Assembly (NCBI GenBank): GCA_964016885.1
Contig: OZ024742.1
Span: 373,984,001 to 374,048,000 of the forward strand
DNA from: Eledone cirrhosa
Lineage: Eukaryota
Direction of reading: 5' to 3'
Length of the DNA: 64,000 nucleotides
Positions within the stretch are counted from its first letter, which is position 1; every line of letters starts with the position of its first letter. The notes under the pieces were generated by a model that worked only from the letters and a program-made list of their open reading frames with translations, had not been told where the DNA came from and ran no database searches. The position numbers were made by a program, and so were the translations under genes. Shown piece after piece: positions 62,282 to 64,000 of this stretch.

Positions 62282-63658
62282 CGTACAGGTTGGGGTCCAC
62301 CAGGGCTCTGTTCTTAGCCCTCTCCTGTTCATCATAGTCCTGCAGGCAATAACGGAGGAGTTTAAGACCGGATGCCCATGGGAACTCCTGTATGCTGATG
62401 ACCTCGCACTCATAGCTGAATCTATGGTAGAACTAGAGAATAAATTCCAAACCTGGAAGCAGGGACTAGAGAGAAAGGGCCTCAAAGTCAACATGACAAA
62501 GACTAAGGTCCTTGTAAGTAGACGAGAAAACAGAACCCAGATCCCCTCAGGGAAATGGCCTTGCTCAGTATGTAGGAAAGGTGTAGGTAGGAACTCCATT
62601 CTCTGCCCCAAATGCAAACAATGGGTACACAAGAGATGTAGCGGGATCTCAGGAAGCTTAATTAAGAATGTAGGATTCACATGCAGCAGCTGTGCTGAAA
62701 CAGCAAGCAAACAGCCACAGGAAACAAGTACCACCAATCTCTGGGAGGGCCCTGTAGAAACAGTAGATAGCTTCTGCTACCTAGGTGACCGAATTAGCAA
62801 CGGAGGTGGGTGCTCAGAAAGTACAATAACTAGGGTAAGAACGGGATGGAAGAAGTTTAGGGAACTACTACCACTGCTAGCTGCAAAAGGCTTCTCCCTC
62901 AGAATGATAGGCAGACTGTATGATGCGTGTATCCGAACAGCGATGTTGCATGGTAGTGAGACCTGGGTGCTGAAGGTGGAAGACTTACGTAGATTAGAGA
63001 GAAATGAAGCCTGCATGCTCCGATGGATGTGTAACAGTAATATACGTGAACGACAAAGCATAAAGGAATTGAGAGAGAGACTGAGCATAAGAGGAATCAA
63101 ATGCTGCGTGCAGGAGAGGCGGTTACGCTGGTATGGACATGTGATGCGTATGAAGGATGACAGCTGCATAAAAATGTGCAGAGCACTAGAAGTTGATGGA
63201 AACCGCGGAGTGGGGAGACCCAAGATGACTTGGGATGAGGTGATAAAAGCCGACCTTACCCAACTACACCTCTCAAAGTCAATGACACACGACCGTGACT
63301 TCTGGCGTCACGCAGTAATACAGGGTACCCGACCTCCCATGGGTACATGCTGAAGCATATAAACAATATGCCCCCACTCCCCCCACCGCAAGGTGGTCGT
63401 GGAGGTGCCACGGCAAAAAAGCACCCAGCCCACACTGTAAAGTGGACATGTAGGCGCCACGAAAAAGCACCCAGCACTCACTGTAAATGAGGTTGGTGTT
63501 AGGAAGGGCATCCAGCTGTAGAAATCAAGCCAGATCAGTTCCTGTATGAGCAAGGCATGGTCAGCCGACCAGACACTGCCCACAACAGGACAACCCGTCT
63601 AACCCATGCTAGCGTGGAAGAACGGACGTAAAACGGTGATGATGATGATGATGATGAT
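62278..63658 (+). mobile_element. 5'-truncated RTE LINE (subfamily A), near-identical to 38560-39947, flanked by (TA)n on both sides
   Basis: Uninterrupted frame from GVHQGSVLSPLLF through YADD and the PHD finger to the stop at 63353. Same 3' UTR, (GAT)n tail. Confidence 0.97.
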
Positions 63659-63677
63659 ATATATATATATATATATA

Positions 63678-64000
63678 TCATCATCATCATCATCAACGTT
63701 TAACGTCCGTGTTCCACGCTTGCATGGGTTTGGACGGGGGTAGTCCCACTTGAGGCAAGAGTGATTGTCTTACTCGCATAGGACTGTCTGGCAGGTTTTC
63801 TACAGTTGGATGCCCTTCCTAACACCAACCACATTTACAGTGTGGGTCTGGGAGGTTTTTACCGTGTTGCCTACACGGCCACATTACAGCGTGGACTGTG
63901 TGTTTTTTTGTCGTGACACCTACACGATCTCATTTGTTTCGGCCTGGATGGTGAGGCACCAACACAACTTTACATAGAACGGGGTGGCGTGGATGGGTTG
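63678..64000 (-). mobile_element. RTE LINE (subfamily B) 3' UTR and tail, continuing beyond the window
   Basis: Near-exact reverse complement of ~36915-37238. Confidence 0.93.

Overview
Eukaryotic, AT-rich, repeat-dense genomic DNA. The SINE/RTE-LINE/microsatellite landscape looks like a coleoid cephalopod such as Octopus (inference, not proven). Bases 1-25858 are a ~540-copy 48-bp tandem satellite with higher-order repeats that runs off the left edge. A decayed CsRn1-type Ty3/Gypsy element (minus strand, 5' LTR present, 3' LTR missing) follows it. Both appear to lie inside an intron of a DNA polymerase nu (POLN)-like gene, whose last two coding exons (30611-30678, 33279-33403) are absent from the ORF track. 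A complete six-coding-exon Y-box (cold-shock domain, YBX1-like) gene lies on the minus strand (CDS 54511 to 49405). The rest is RTE LINEs with a PHD finger inside the reverse transcriptase, tRNA-derived SINEs, Tc1/mariner elements and MITEs, an R4/Dong fragment and microsatellites. Main observation: the satellite monomer is the reverse complement of a ~48-bp subrepeat in the 3' UTR of the RTE family (39/48 ungapped identity to the copy at 57700-57747). The POLN pre-mRNA would therefore carry hundreds of antisense copies of a retroelement 3' module. All alignments were done by eye.
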